From the NCBI RefSeq assembly GCF_009914755.1, contig NC_060927.1: a stretch of DNA of 64,000 bases. The stretch is one strand, 5' to 3'. Below the pieces are notes generated by a model that worked only from the letters and a program-made list of their open reading frames with translations, was not told the origin of the DNA and made no database searches. The stretch is from the human T2T-CHM13v2.0 reference genome, Homo sapiens. Both the position numbers and the translations under genes were made by a program. Below, in pieces: positions 13,559 through 37,700 of the stretch (position 1 is the stretch's first letter; each line of letters begins with the position of its first letter).

Positions 13559-14638
13559 GTTGTTAAAAACAAAATAAAAACAATTTTCACCATGCTTACA
13601 ATGCTTCAGTTTTTAAATATAAAAAAACTATGTATGTGTAATTTCAAATTGCTAAGACAAATGGAAAGGTAGTAGCTAGATGTCACCAGGCAGTACTCTT
13701 TCTGTTGTTATTATTGTCAGTTTCTGCTTATTTGTTTTGATTATTTGATACAGCATGATATAAATTGGCACTAATCCTCATAAGAGAAGAATGTCAGCCA
13801 AGCCAGTGAAGGAATTTTGGAGTTCGCTTTGAAGACTTATGCACTCTCCAGCTGGTCACAGACACTACACTCACCCATTTTGTAAATACACTTTTTTTTG
13901 TTTTGTTTTTTAAGCTTCTCACTTCAGTATCTACCAGACAGGCTTGTGCAAGGAGTGAACTAGTATTGTATCTGTTAATTTCTTTGCAGGCAAAAATCAA
14001 GTTACCAGGAAAATATTTTTTAAAAACCACGAACAGTCTAAGAGCACTGAACATTTTGAATCATTTGCCTTTTCTCAACACTGGATTTTAAGCAAGGAAC
14101 AAGACTATTCCAGTTCTAAATGCTTTAATGAACAAGGGGTATTGGGTTTTAGCATCAACATGATCTATCCTCACTCTGAAGCTTTAACTTGAGTAGCTGC
14201 TGTGCTTTGTAAAGCTTCAATCCAATTCATTTGATAACTACAATTACCAAATCTGGGCATTGCTGACTACACAGTTCAAAAAAACAGCATGGAGGGAAGA
14301 CCTGCTGAGAACCTTAGAATCTATCGATAAGCTCTTGAAATGGTTTAAAGTAATAAACCACTTCAATTGAAAGGGCAATAAAATGTTTTTCGTGTATATA
14401 TGTACATAAGATTTCCTTCTATTTCTCTTATTTTCAAAAAGAACTTAAGAAAGGTCACAAATGTGCAGTTAGAAACCAGGTAAGTTACTAAAATGTAGGA
14501 GAGTGACAGATGTTACTATACCACTTCAAACAAATTAACAAAATTGGGAACACTATATTTACTCTGGATTTCCTAGCAGCTAAAATGAAAAGAAAAAAAC
14601 TCGAATATATAATGACAGCATTAGAAATGTTCATTTCT

Positions 14639-14950
<312 letters not shown>

Positions 14951-15547
14951 TCATTTCTATACAATCTTTTTATTACTTGATTACTTGATATAATAAGCCA
15001 TACTAATCATTTTTCAGAAACGAAGTTTTGTTGGCACTAATGTTAAGGAAGAATTTGTGGCATATGTCTATAAATGAGAAATACTGGGTAAATTAATACG
15101 TACTTTTGTAAACCAAGTCCTTCTATAAAATTAAAAGCATACCTAATACTAAATCTGTAGTCCATGAAATTATTTCTCCAAACTGTTGAAATAATAATAT
15201 ATAGCTAAATAGCTTTCTGGAAACCTAATTTTAAAACAGATAGAGAAGGTAGACAACCTATAGTAATAACGAATTAGTTTGTTCACCAAAAAGTTTCTTT
15301 AAAACATAAGATTCACCAATTGGTTTTGAAAATTCATGGCTAAATTCCCGCATTAGTGCCTTAAGTGCCAATATTCTGTCTTGTGGACAAAACAGGGCTC
15401 CAGATATTTTAGGGAACAAGTATGAGGGACAAACAGTTCTTATTCATCTGTGGAAATGTATAGGCATAACTGATTGTAGACAAACTTCGACAGAAGCATA
15501 CTGAAACTTTAGAAGTCATTATAGTAAGCATTAATAATTTTCTTTTA

Positions 15548-15871
<324 letters not shown>

Positions 15872-15944
15872 TTAATATATATACACACACATATAGTTCA
15901 AATACATATATTTGAAATTTCTTAAGTTTCTAATTTTTTTTTTT

Positions 15945-16107
15945 CTATTCTCACGTGGTAATTTTTTTATTATGGTCAAACATTTGGCATAAGATCTACC
16001 CTCTTAACATATGTTAAATGCACAATACAGTATTGTTAACTATAGGCACCATGTTGTACAGACAGCAGATCCCTAGAGCTTACTCAGCTTGCATAACTGA
16101 AACTTCA
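15945..16107 (-). mobile_element. Old L1MA-type 3' end fragment inside the transduced segment
   Basis: 'agatctaccctcttaaca...acaatacagtattgttaactataggcacc...cttgcataactgaaact'; minus-strand AATAAA at 15966-15971. Confidence 0.75.
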
Positions 16108-16320
<213 letters not shown>

Positions 16321-17027
16321 CCAGAAAATTAGTGATTCAGAGATAAGAAAGTTTCACTATTTTTCTTATAACAACAATACTACTTGGTACCTGTGGCACT
16401 TCCTTCTTCCCCAGTGGCAGAAACTTTGTAAAGGCTGAGTATATATTTTTAAATGTCACACAATGCCCTGGGTGTGCTCCCCTCAGCCGTAATAAACTCC
16501 CTCTCCACACTACTACCTGCTTTTCCCACTAGCTTGGAACTATGGCTGAAGATAATTCTCCAGTACCTGCCTCCGTGATATTCTGCCCTGCGTCCTGCCC
16601 AGGACCCTTTCACAGCTGCAAGCTGTGTTACTTACTTATTCCTAATGGGACAGTCAGTCTCTAGCACAGTTCTGAATGTCTGAAGGAAGTCTACGGGAAG
16701 CATCGGGTCAATTTCCTGCCTCGGACTGCAAAACGGATCTGGACACATCTCCTATCACTTTGTGATACCCATTTTCTTTTTCTTCTTTTTTCTTTTTTTT
16801 AAATTTATTTATTTATTATTATTATTATACTTTAAGTTTTAGGGTACATGTGCACAATGTGCAGGTTAGTTACATATGTATACATGTGCCATGCTGGTGC
16901 GCTGCACCCACTAACTCATCATCTAGCATTAGGTATATCTCCCAATGCTATCCCTCCCTCCTCCTCCACCCCACAACAGTCCCCAGAGCGTGATGTTCCC
17001 CTTCCTGTGTCCATGTGTTCTCATTGT

Positions 17028-20656
<3,629 letters not shown>

Positions 20657-20779
20657 TAAAATCTCCAAGTTTTGTGCCATATATAGAAGAAACCATTTTG
20701 GGAAGGATAGTGGATGTTGAGTCTTCCTTTTCCAACAGTCCTGGGTATCCTATTTAGGGGTTCATGTAGTTATAAGGAT

Positions 20780-21230
20780 CTTTATTTTGCCACTTCCAAC
20801 TCATATGACTCAGTCTGGTCAATTAGCACCAACCATTTGCCAGGCCATAATAATTGTTCAGGAGCAGGCATGTGACCCAAGCCAGTTCAATTAGAGTGAA
20901 CCTCAAAATTTTTCTTGGATTTCTGGAACTAATGTGCTGTTTTCAAATTCCTTTTGAAACTGTGGAGTGTGATTGTGAGACTTGAAATCATGATGTTGAT
21001 TCTTATTACCATGAACGAATCCAGCCTGAGGGTAATACTGACACAAGGAGGAGGACAGAATCAAAAGAATTATAGAGAAATGGATCTGGAGACCTGATGA
21101 CATTATGGTCCTCTGGATCAAGCCATTCCATCAAATCAAATTAGATGCTGAGTTTCATACGCCAGTATATCACCTTATTTAATAAAGTATGTTGTTATAT
21201 TTTCTATTACTGGCAAGCAAAAACATTCTG
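20780..21230 (+). mobile_element. Old MLT1 (J/K/L-like) LTR
   Basis: 'ggcatgtgacccaagccag...ctggatcaagccattcc...tattactggcaagcaaaaacattct'. Confidence 0.6.
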
Positions 21231-22121
21231 CTATTTTTTACTTGTTATCAATGAACCCATTATCATCCCATTTATTTAAAGAAAGTAAAACGCCCATTGC
21301 ATTACCTACTTTTAAATTGAGTTACATTCTGATGGACCCACAAAGGTAAGTTAGGAAGAAAAATATTGTCACGTAGGTTCATAATGGGACTTGGCTAGGA
21401 TTCTTTTGGATTGCCCATTTAGATGTGACAATTATATGACAAAATCAATCACTTAATACAGTTAAAGCTTGTTGGCTTTTTTCCTGATAACAATTAGTCA
21501 ATAAAATCAGTTTCTAAAGAAATTAGAATAATAGAGCTATACTATGAACTAGAAAATTTTGTTTACTTTTTTATAAACCATATCAAATGACATGGTTCCT
21601 TTGTACCTCACACATGAACAAAAGAATTTCAATACTTCAGGGATTAATGGTGGTATTACCAAAGAATTGCCTTTTCCCATGTCAAATTCCAACTGAAAAA
21701 AAAAAATGGAATATACAAATCATGAATCAACTTTGTAAAATAAAGGTGAAAGCTATCTACATGCCTGAAAGTTGGAAGAATTTCTGTTAGATACATACCA
21801 ACAGAATTGATTGATGAAGATACACATAAGACTCTCCAATGAGAGAATGTGGTATGTTCAAGATAAAAGTTAAAGGAATCTTTAATGATACTCCCCCATC
21901 CCTGATATCCCTTGACTCAAAGCTTCAGTCTAAAGAGCCTTTGAGCAACAATACTGAGATACTGGAGTGCCACTTTGAGACCCTGATATTGATGACCAAT
22001 CCCAACGTAATAGACATGTTCAACATATTCAATGAATAAATTAATGATTATGAACAAAGATCATGAATAACAGATTGAACACTATAAAAACTTGAAGTTA
22101 AGATTAAATTCAAGAAATGTT

Positions 22122-22450
<329 letters not shown>

Positions 22451-23399
22451 TCAAGACTAAATAAGAGAAGACAAATGACAGAACTAGGAAATCAACCTGT
22501 AAATATCAACAGTTACTGAAAAAGAAAATAAAGCAAGAGCAGAAGCAATATTCATACAATAATGAAAAATCTTCAATGTAATTGAAAAAATATGTCAGGA
22601 AAAATTGTTATTTACAAACCCCTGATAGTTAATAAGAAGTATGGTTATTAAGTATTCCGGATTTGTTGGATAATAATCTCAGGAAGAGCTAAATTCCTCT
22701 GTTCAAGGAAAGGAATAGAAAAAGACATGGCGATTAGAAAACATGGGAGAAAGGAAAGTCTGGAAACAGTAAAACAGGAAAATAACGTAGCTGAGAAAGA
22801 CAGGGAAAGAGATCTCAAACAGGTATTTGGGGAGCAAAATGATATATCTCCCAATACAACCATTTTCCTCTATCTCCCCATTAAAATGTTGGTAAAATTG
22901 ATATTGTTCATTCACTGGTACTTAATGATGTACTTAGTGTTAAGAGATAACACATTGTGCTCAGATCCTGCCTGAAGGCTATTGTGAGGCAAGAATGGCG
23001 GATTCCTGTGATGACTGAGTCACATCTAGACTGCACACAAGGAACTTTCTTGCTCAAAAAAAAAAAAATCTTTGGTCTAAAAATTCAAAGTTTACATCAT
23101 GCTTGACATAAACTAACTGAAAAGCATAATATATCTAGGCCAGTCCTATTAGAATTTCAAACTTTCAAGAGAACGACTCACAAATTTTGAAAAAACAATC
23201 AGATCATCCACAAAGAGAAAATTTAGCCTGACCCTAACTACACCACCACACCAAGCAGTGCAATGGAGTACCATCTGTAGAGTTTTGTTGAGACAAGCGG
23301 GGAACGATGTGCCTTGAGAATATAAGATCTAATCAAGATTTTTATGGCTAGAAAGGAACTTACACTATAAAATCTCATGTAGGGGGTAATCACTATGAG

Positions 23400-24980
23400 T
23401 CTCAATGATCTGAAAAAGCTTAACAGAAGTGTTATGCCTGAAAAACAGGCTTTGACTAGAAGGCAAAAGACATAGGCATTTCTAGGTATTTTGGAGAAGA
23501 AGTGATCTTAGAGACGATGATATGTAAGGGGGAATTATTGAAGGTGAAGTGATCAAAAAGCTAACAAAGAAACTTGAGTCATGATTGTACATTATAAGAA
23601 AATGAGAATTATTGGAGTTTCATGAAGAAAAAGTGACATGAAGCCAACTGTTTCTCAAAACAAAACTGTAGGGAATAGACAGGAGCAACTAGAAACATGG
23701 GGCCGAAGGGACAATGCAAAGATCTAAGAGATGATAATGACTGCCTAAACCAAGATGGTGGCAATGGGGGTATTTACAAAGAGGTACAGGTGGGAAGGAA
23801 TCATTTTGACAAAAGATCTGCTGGGGCTTAGTGTTAGGGTTACAGGGAAGGGATAAGAAAGGTAGTATATGGTTGTACTGTAAGTTCTGACTCAAGAGTT
23901 GAACTCAAGTTTATGTACTTATCATAAGATGCTTGAAAAACTCCACACTCAGTAAACTAATAGCAAAATAACCAGTAACCAACCCTTGAATTGTTCAGAG
24001 TATATCTAACCATTTTGTAACAATTATATTTCAGAAAGGCAGAAACTGAGAGAGAAAGTAACAATACATTTACAGACCAGTAGAAGGGTGTAAATAATAA
24101 TCTTCAAAAAAGAAATGGGCAAATACTTAAAGGAGTATGTGCACATGAGAGCTATATAACCAGAAATTATGTGAAGGAAGATGCAAGAGCAAAGAATTAA
24201 TAGTGATACGGGAGAAGCTGAATCAGTTCCGTAGGTTTACAGTCTGTGTAAGAGAAGTTAATGGAGTTGGAAAAATTATTCTTGAGCTACCTAGACTGGG
24301 GTTTTTCACAGAGGTGACCTAAAACCAGCTACTCTGATCGGGATTTTGCAAAAAGGAATTAAAGGTGTTTTAGGTACTGAAACCAATATCTCCGTCTTTA
24401 TGGAGAGGATTGTGGGTGATCAGAACTAAAAAAGGCAGTGATTCAGGTAGTCTACCATTTTAAATTTTGTTGACAGGTAAGAGAGAAGAAACTAAAGACA
24501 ATTCTAAGGTTTAAATTCAAATGACTAGAAGAATGATGATGTCATGAACATAAATAGCAAACTCTAGAAGGGAGTTTGATTTGGAGAGGAACATGAATTT
24601 AAATTTAAACTTGCTGAATGTGAAATGGCAGCAAGACATCCAAGTAGAAATTTATTACAGGCTGTTGGGAACCTGGAACTGGAGCCCATAGTACAGGCCT
24701 GGACTTTAGGATAGCAATAGGTTTTGGAATCAGTTTCAAGAAGGGATATTTAAAACCACTGGGGTTCTAAGAGAAAAAAGTAAAAACAGAAGAAGGGTCA
24801 AGGAAAAAACTTTAGGGAAATTCTACATTAGCATCAAAAATAGGAAGAAGGGTCTTACAGAAAACTGGTGAAATATTTGAGAGGAATTAAGAGAACAGAT
24901 CAAAGACATCAATATAAAGAAACTTTTAAACATGAATATATGGTCAAAATATACTGAAAAGAGGGTAAGGATTGGGGAAA
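23400..24980 (-). mobile_element. Scattered L2 fragments (approximate bounds)
   Basis: L2-like motifs such as 'aagacaattctaaggttt...gactagaagaatgatgatgtcatga' and 'agacatccaagtagaaat'. Confidence 0.5.
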
Positions 24981-27319
24981 GCTTGCTGCATTCACTTGGA
25001 TAGAGATATAGCAATTATAATAGAGACCCACATTAACAGTGGTTTAAACAAAATGGACATGTATTTCTCTTTCACATTAGTAGCCTGCAGGAGGATGATC
25101 CTGTTTTATAAGGTTGTCAGAAAGCTAATCTCTTTTGAGCTAATCTCTTATTGCTCCATTATTCCTAGGACATTACTTTCTTTTGTATGGCTCAAGATGA
25201 CTCCTCACAGCACTCACATTCTAGGAAGCCATGTGGAGAAAAAAAAAGGAAAGGAAGGGGGTTGTGATTCAGAAGTGGTATGCATCACTTCCTTCCCCTC
25301 CCTTCACATTCTGTTGGCTATAACTTAGTCATATATCTATGACTAGATGAAACATAGTCTGTAGTTGAGTGGTAATATATTTGACAAATAATTCTATTAT
25401 AATGAAAGAAAGGGAGAACAAATATTCACTGTTACCGTTACTGAATTTACTTAGAGTCTGATTTAGATGACCGTTCTCTATACTCCCATAATAACAAATC
25501 ATAGCATATACCACCACACTGACCTGAATTATTTTGTTTAAACATTTCCCCTTTCAGACTATCAGCACCTTGAGTGCACGAACTATGACATATTCTTATC
25601 TATTGTTTCTATTATCTTATCATTCATCAATAATATTTGGTGAATAAATGAATGAGATAGCTTTAAAAATAGATCTGGTATTAGAAAAACTTTTGTAATT
25701 TAAATGATAAGGGATAAAAAATTATTTCCTCTAGTGAATGTGAGAATGTTCTGGCATTCCTTGAAATGGTTACCATAACAGGCACTGTGACATAGACAAA
25801 GAAGAAAACAGTTTCAGAGGAGAAAAGAACATCTAACTGAATTGATCAAAATAACATGTAAGGAAAGTACAGAAGCTCAGTATCTGTCATGTGGATACGC
25901 ACAGTAAAAACCTGTCTGTGACTTGCACGTTAGTGTTCTGAGCCTAGAAAGCCCCATTAGCCTAAACTTCTCCAGGGCAAATGTGGATTTTTTAAAGTAT
26001 TTATTTGCATTTAGCATCTGTGAGGTATTTTGTGTGCACACGCATGTGTGTATGTGTATGTGTGTGTGAATGAAGCACCATAAAATAGATATTTCTGATT
26101 AGATTAAGTTATAGGTTTATAAGTTTCCACTGTAAAGATCTCAGTTGGTGATTAAAAAACAAAACAATGTTCACCTATGATTCTAAGTTGCCTTGAAATC
26201 AGGAGGTGCATCTAGGTGAATAGTTACCATAGCCAACACTTGGTTTTCAATTATTCCTTTGACAGCTTGGTAACACATGTACTGAGCTCAAGGACTATAA
26301 AACCAACTTGGCCCCTCAGAAGAGAGTTAGCAGTGGCAAAACTAGATTAAAATTTGAGCCTCAAAGAAAACAAAATTGTCTGCTGCAGTCAGCTGATGGC
26401 ATGGGGTATATAAGAACAAAATCTATATGCAAAAATTAGCACTAGGAGTAACTTTTTCTAATATTGTAAAGATATACATCTACTGGCAGCCAAAAATCAC
26501 ACTTAATGCTGAAATATTGAGTCAGTCTTATTAAAGTTCAGAACAAACAATGATGTTCTGGAAGTTCTGAAAAACACATTAAGAAATTGGAAGAAAGTAC
26601 CAAGAATACAAATAATTGCAGAAAATAAAATTATATACCCAGGAAATCGATCAAAAAAATTAGAATAAGAAAGTTATAAAAATGGCTGTGAATAAGACTA
26701 TATATATATTTATATGCACATATATACACATGTATACATATACCTATATATATAATATATAGAATGTTATAATCAACAAGTAATAATCAGAAAATAATAT
26801 ATAATAATAAACAGGATGTTTCATATAGACAAAACAAAATAAAAAATCATACAATATACAATATATAGGAGCAACATTAATGGTATATATAAAATCCGTA
26901 TGAATAAGATTGTGAAACACAGCCAAGCAAGAGGGTCAAATATACCTGTTTTTCTATGGTAAAGTTAGATGTTATTGCTCATTATAGATGCTATAGATAT
27001 TATTGGCTATTAGAGGAATAAATTCTTAATTAATTGGTTTGGTATAGTTTAATATAATTTGTTTTAATGTAATTCTAGTCAAACTCTCAATATTAAAGAT
27101 ACAATTCTAATAAGTAAGATGATAGTAATATAAAATAAAAATTAGGCAATTTTGGGTTGTAGAAGATATTTCCAACCATAATTACCAAAAACAGATACCA
27201 TAAAAGAAAAGATATTAATGTAAAACTTCCATACCAAAAATCCACACACAAGAAAAATAATGGCAAAAAACAAATTGGAAAAAAAATTTAACTTTTTTAC
27301 TTACAAATAGCAACATATT

Positions 27320-27805
27320 CTTATGGTAGACTTTGCTAATGCTAATGCCTGTCCTATATCTACTTTCTGCTACTTCTTTGCTTCCAGATCCCATATTGTG
27401 TTTGGCAGCAACATGCCAACTATTTTCTTTACTCTTGTAGTTGGATGTCCCTGTAACCATGTTTGGTCAATGAGACATAAGCAAAATTCCCTGGTTGGGG
27501 CTTCAGGGAAAGCCATGTTTTCCTTATTGAAAGGAAGAGTGTAAGCTGCCATGTGCCTTTTGCCATTGAGTCTTTCTGTCTTCCTTTTTGATATCTCAAA
27601 TTGATGCCTGGAGGTGTAACAGCCATCTTTGACCATAAGAAAATAAAAGTCACCCACTAGTAAGAGTGAAGCATCAAGAGGACAATCTAGTTCCTTTAGT
27701 GCCTGCACCAGACCTGAAATGCCATTGCTGAACTTGTTATGTGAGAAAAAATACCCTTATTTGGTCAAGCCATACCATCTGGTTTCTGTTACATGCACCT
27801 AAGCC
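27320..27805 (+). mobile_element. Old MLT1 LTR followed by an A28 run (27806-27833)
   Basis: 'ggtcaatgagacataagcaaaatt...cagccatctttgaccataag...gttatgtgagaaaaaatacc...ggtttctgttacatgca'. Confidence 0.7.
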
Positions 27806-29071
27806 AAAAAAAAAAAAAAAAAAAAAAAAAAAACTTAATATTTTAACAACTATAATTTTTTAAAGAAAAAGATGAACACTCTAACAGGAAAGAAATGAAC
27901 TGAACACACAAGATACAATTTTAAAACTACAAAAGTAAAACATGGAAAGTATTGAAAACCATTAACAAAACAATTTTTAAACAAATTACCATTATTAAAT
28001 GATTAAGATGCAAAGATTTTTTAAAAAGGTAATATTCAGTGTGGTGGTGGTTGTGAAAATGTTATCAGATACTGCTTATGAAAGTGTAAATTAGTAAAAC
28101 CTTTCATAAGGCTTTTTTATTGTGCTGCTTTTAACTATAAAATATGCCTATTCTTTGGGTCATAGGCGCAAATATAAAATATAAAACTTCTAGAAGAAAA
28201 CATAAAAGAAAACCTTGTGACCTTGGGTTAGGTGATGAGTTATTAAACACAACTCTAAAAGCATACTTCGTAAAGAACAAAAAAAGCTGAGTTTTATTTT
28301 TTCCACATAAAAAACTTTTACTCTATGAAAGACATTGTTAAGAGAATGGAAAGTCAAGCCATAAGTCAGGAGAAAATATTTACAGATCACGTATCTCAGG
28401 AAGATACATCCAAAATATGTAAAGAATGCTCAGTCATTGTAGATAGAAATGGAAAATGGTCAGTCACTTTGGAGAGAAGTTTCTTGTACAGTTAAACATA
28501 TGCTTATAATGACCCTGAAACCTAAAGTGCATTAAGAATGACAGAATTAGAAGTATTAATACATGCAACCAAATGGATAACAAATATAATGTTAGGAAAA
28601 AGAAGCCAGACACATGAGTATACATGATATGATTCCATTTATGTAATGTTCTAAACCAGGAATAACTAGTCTATGGTGTTAGAATGACTATGACTCTGTG
28701 AAATAAAGTGTTTATTTGAGGTGGGAGGTGATTTATAAGAAGACTTCTGGAGCGCTAATAATGCCTTGCTTCTTGATCTGGAAACTGTGTTCACTCTGTG
28801 AAAACACAAGCTGCCCATATATAATTTACAAACTTTTTTGAAAGAAGTTTTCCTTCAATAAAAAGTTTACCAAAAGAGAGGAGAGTGGATTGATTAAATT
28901 GTCATACATCTATGCAACAGAATATCCTTCAACCATTAAAAATATAATTTACTATTTATAGAAAATATGCTCAATAAAAGTAGGAAAAGAAAGAAATTAC
29001 AAAAGAATGTGGTTTGACCCCATTTTATAAAAATATTAAAAGTACACATATAAACAAAGATCTAGAAAACT

Positions 29072-29148
29072 ATACACTGAGATATCAATTTTGGTTGGCT
29101 CAGAGATGCCATACACTGAGATATCAATTTTGGTTGGCTCAGAGATGC
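29072..29148. repeat. Tandem duplication, 39-bp period, 38 bp identical
   Basis: atacactgagatatcaattttggttggctcagagatgc at 29072 and 29111. Confidence 0.97.
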
Positions 29149-29949
29149 TTTGTGTTCCTTGCGCTAGTGTTCACTGTTAAATTATTGCGTGATGAGCAAA
29201 TATTAATTTGTATGAAGAAAAATTTTAAATTCATGTAAAAAAAGTAGAAGTAGGGCCCTTGGCACTACAAAATATCCAATGTAACATAGTAATTAAATGG
29301 TGTAGGAATAAATATATGAATAAGTGGAAGAGAGTCCAGTAATAGACATAAATTTTAATATGATAAAGGGAATGCTACAAATATGTATCAAAAGGAGGAG
29401 TATTTCATAAATAGTTCTAGGAGAATATTTGGAGAAAATATTGTCTGTATACCTTATGTGAAGAATCAAATTCCTAAAAAATCTAGAAGTAACTGTAAAA
29501 AAAAATGAAGCCATAAAAATATATATTAGAATAATAGAGGTAAATATCATTCTCTGGTTGTGAAAGGACTTTATATAAAAGACTTTTGATTACATAAAAT
29601 GAAATGCTCTTTTACTTCAAAAGAAATCATCATCAAGATTAAAATGCAAACAAATTGGGAAGCATGGTTGCTATAAATATGACATATAAAGAGCATGTAT
29701 ACTGATATTTAAGATCTTAGAGAAACTTGTAATAAATGCATACAGATGCCCACAGGAAAAATAAGAAAAGAACATGAAAGTCATGAATCACAGAAAAGAA
29801 AATGTACATGTCTAATAAACAGAGAAAAGATAGCTACATGAAGCCTAGTCATAAAACATCCCTCCCCAAAACTAATGCAATGAAAAAGATTAAACAAAGA
29901 AAAAAATGGCATAGGAGAAATCTGTTTTCAGTAGCAGCAACCAAACAAG

Positions 29950-34744
<4,795 letters not shown>

Positions 34745-34745
<1 letters not shown>

Positions 34746-37700
34746 TATAATAATATTCATGCTGAGATAAATTATGGGAAAGAGCCAGTCATACAAAGAG
34801 CTAAGGGACAAGCATTCCAGGCAAAGAGAACAGCATGTATAAAGGGCCTTAGCTAAGAAAGAGTTTGGCATACTTAAAGAAGAAAAGGTCATTGTAGCAA
34901 CAGCCTGAGAAATAAGAAACCGAGACAGAAGCAGAGAGACAGAAAGATACAGACAAGATAATGCAGCACTTAAATTTTGTTCTAAGTGCAGCAGAGGGAT
35001 ATTGACTGATGAGTTTTAATTTGAGTAGTGAGATCATTTGTTTCATGTTTTCGTCTTCTACTGGGTTGTTCCCATCAGTGTTCTTTCTCCCATTTTAAAA
35101 TGTGTACAAACAAACTAAGAAAACAACAACAAAAACCCTTCTCTTGATCTTACTTCGGCTGCCAGCTACTGAATCATTTCATCGTTCGCTTTTGCAGCAA
35201 TGCTCCTCAAAACATACATCTAATTACAATTTCTAATTCCTCTTCTCCTATTCTCTCTAAATCTTGTTCTTAAACTTTTTATTATGGAAATTTTCAAAAG
35301 AAAGGAGAATAGCGTAATGAACTCCCATGTACTCATCACCAGTTTTAACAACTATAAACTTCGTGATTTATAATTCTTGTTTTATCTATATTGTTATCCA
35401 CTCCCCCACCACATACAGGATTATTTTTAAGTCAATCCATGGAATCCTGTCATTTCATCTACAAATATCTAAAAATAAAGCTTTTTAAAATACAATCACA
35501 ACATAATTTCACCTCAAAACATTGACCATAATTCCTTAACATTATCAAACAGATAATCAGTGTTCAATTTTCCCATTTATGTCATAAATATTTCTTTAAC
35601 AGTCTGTTGTTTGATTACAATGAAGTTTATACTTGCATTTGCCATGTATCTTAAATGGGGTGACTTCATAATTTATTGTCCAAACTGGGACCTGACTAAG
35701 AGTAAAAAGGAGCACTATTAATAATTGTGTCAGAAATAAGCATAAATCAGGATAAGCTGATTTATGCCAGCTGAAAGACATGGTCACCTTATTCCTAAAT
35801 CTATTTTAATCCATGTGATTTCCCTTCCTCTCTGGTTTCTCCTCTTTCTCCATCCCCACCCCCATGCAATGTATTTGTTGAAAAAAATCAATCCCTTTGT
35901 TCTAATTTTCCACAATCTGGAATTTGCTGATTGTATTCCATGTTGTTTCTCTCTTACACGCATTTTCTAAAAATGATTAAGTAGACCCAAATCTGATTTA
36001 GGTTATTCTCTTTTTGTTGTTGTTAAACACTTCATGGGTTGTATTTCTTTCTCTCAAAACCTACGCAGAACAGTCTTTCCTCTCAGTCATCCAACAAAAC
36101 TGCTCCTGTCAATGGCCCCAACTCTATTGCTGAACCCAATCTTCATCTTATTCGATTTATCAACTAATGACTTGCTTCTGGTCAATGCCCTTTTTTCACT
36201 TTTTTTTTTTAACCCCACACCTTTTGCTTGTTTTCCAGCTTCACTGTTCTCACCTTCTTCATCTTTTTTCTTTTGTCTGAGTTCTCTTCTCTCTGGCCTC
36301 TTAATTTTAGAATACCACAGCACTCAATCCTTGGTCCTCTTCTCTTTCTTACATTCACTCCCTTGAAGATCTCTTCCAGTCTCCTGGCTTTAAATACCAT
36401 TTACATGCTGACAGATTCCAGCTGAGTGCTCTTCCAGAATTTCAGACTTGCATAGCCCACTGACTACTCAACACCTCCACTCTGATGTCTAATATAAGTA
36501 TATAAAACTTAACATGATCAAGACTAAAACTCCTGATCTTCCCACTAAATGTATTCCTTAATCTTTTCTATCTCATGTTATGACAGTCCCATCTTTTCTG
36601 GTTGCTTGGTCCAAAAACCTTGCAATCATCTTTAATATCTCTCTTTCACATCCCACATCAAATCTATCAGGAAATCTGTTGGGTCTATCTGCAAAATAGG
36701 TCCAGAATCTAATTACTTTACCTCTCCCATTACCATTCTCGTCTAAGCCCCATTATCTCTCAGCTAGATTACTGAAATAGCTTACTAACTGATCTTCCCA
36801 CTGTAATCTTATCCCCTAGTGTTTCTTCTCAAAATATCAGCCAAAATATTTCTTTTAAAATGTGGCTATTATTATGTGAGTCTGTCACCAAAACTATCCA
36901 ATAGTTCTTCCTTCCATTTAGAGCAAAAGCCAAAGTTCTTACAATGTCCCACAAGGCTCTCCATTCTCACTCGTGCTAACACTGATCTCCTCCTCTTCTA
37001 CACTCCTCCTCCCTCACTCAGGCTTTCTTGATGTCTCTCAAACACATCAGATATATTCTCATTTTAAAGATAATTACTATTCTTTTTGTCTGGAACATTC
37101 TTCTCTCAGAGGTCCACTGGATAACTCATGAAAGGATCCCCTTCTCACTGAGACCTATCCTGACCTATTTAATATTGGATCATCACTACCCCGCACTCTC
37201 TAACCCCTTTATCATGCTTTACTTTTAATTTTTCCACAGCATTTACTATCAACTAGCCCATTATATATTTACTTATTTATTATGTTGATTACTTATTGTC
37301 CATCTACCATAGAAGATGGAAGAACATATAAGCTCTTCAAAGGCAGGGATCTTTGTTTTGTTCCCTGATGACTTCCAGGAGCTTTAAACAGCCTGATCCG
37401 TGGTAAGCCCTTCATGTACTCAATCAAATGTTTGTTAAATTAACATTGAATGAATAAAAGAGTACTCTTACTACTCTGTGAATACTAGATTTCAGTGGGC
37501 AAATATTTAGAAGGCTATTGCAATCATCTAGATGAGAGACACTGGTAGTCTGGTCTAGAGTGGTAGCAGCATAATGGAAAGAAGTGGAACACTCCAAATG
37601 TAGTTTGTAGATATTTATGATGATAGATTGGATGAGGAGTCAGGATGTAGAAGAAGGAAAAGAATCAAGAATAAGCTTCAGATTTCCTAGATGATAAACT

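Larger units (their letters stand above)
26460..29880 (+). mobile_element. Patchwork of decayed L1M (ME/MC-type) fragments
   Basis: 'ataaaacttctagaagaaaacataaaagaaaaccttgtgaccttgggttagg' and 'aaagaagccagacac...gattccatttat'. Confidence 0.6.

Noticed and set aside
14442-14485. Plus-strand mini-exon ending in CAG|GTAAGT
   Set aside because: The acceptor (aaaaag) is poor, there are no partner exons, and such motifs are expected by chance.
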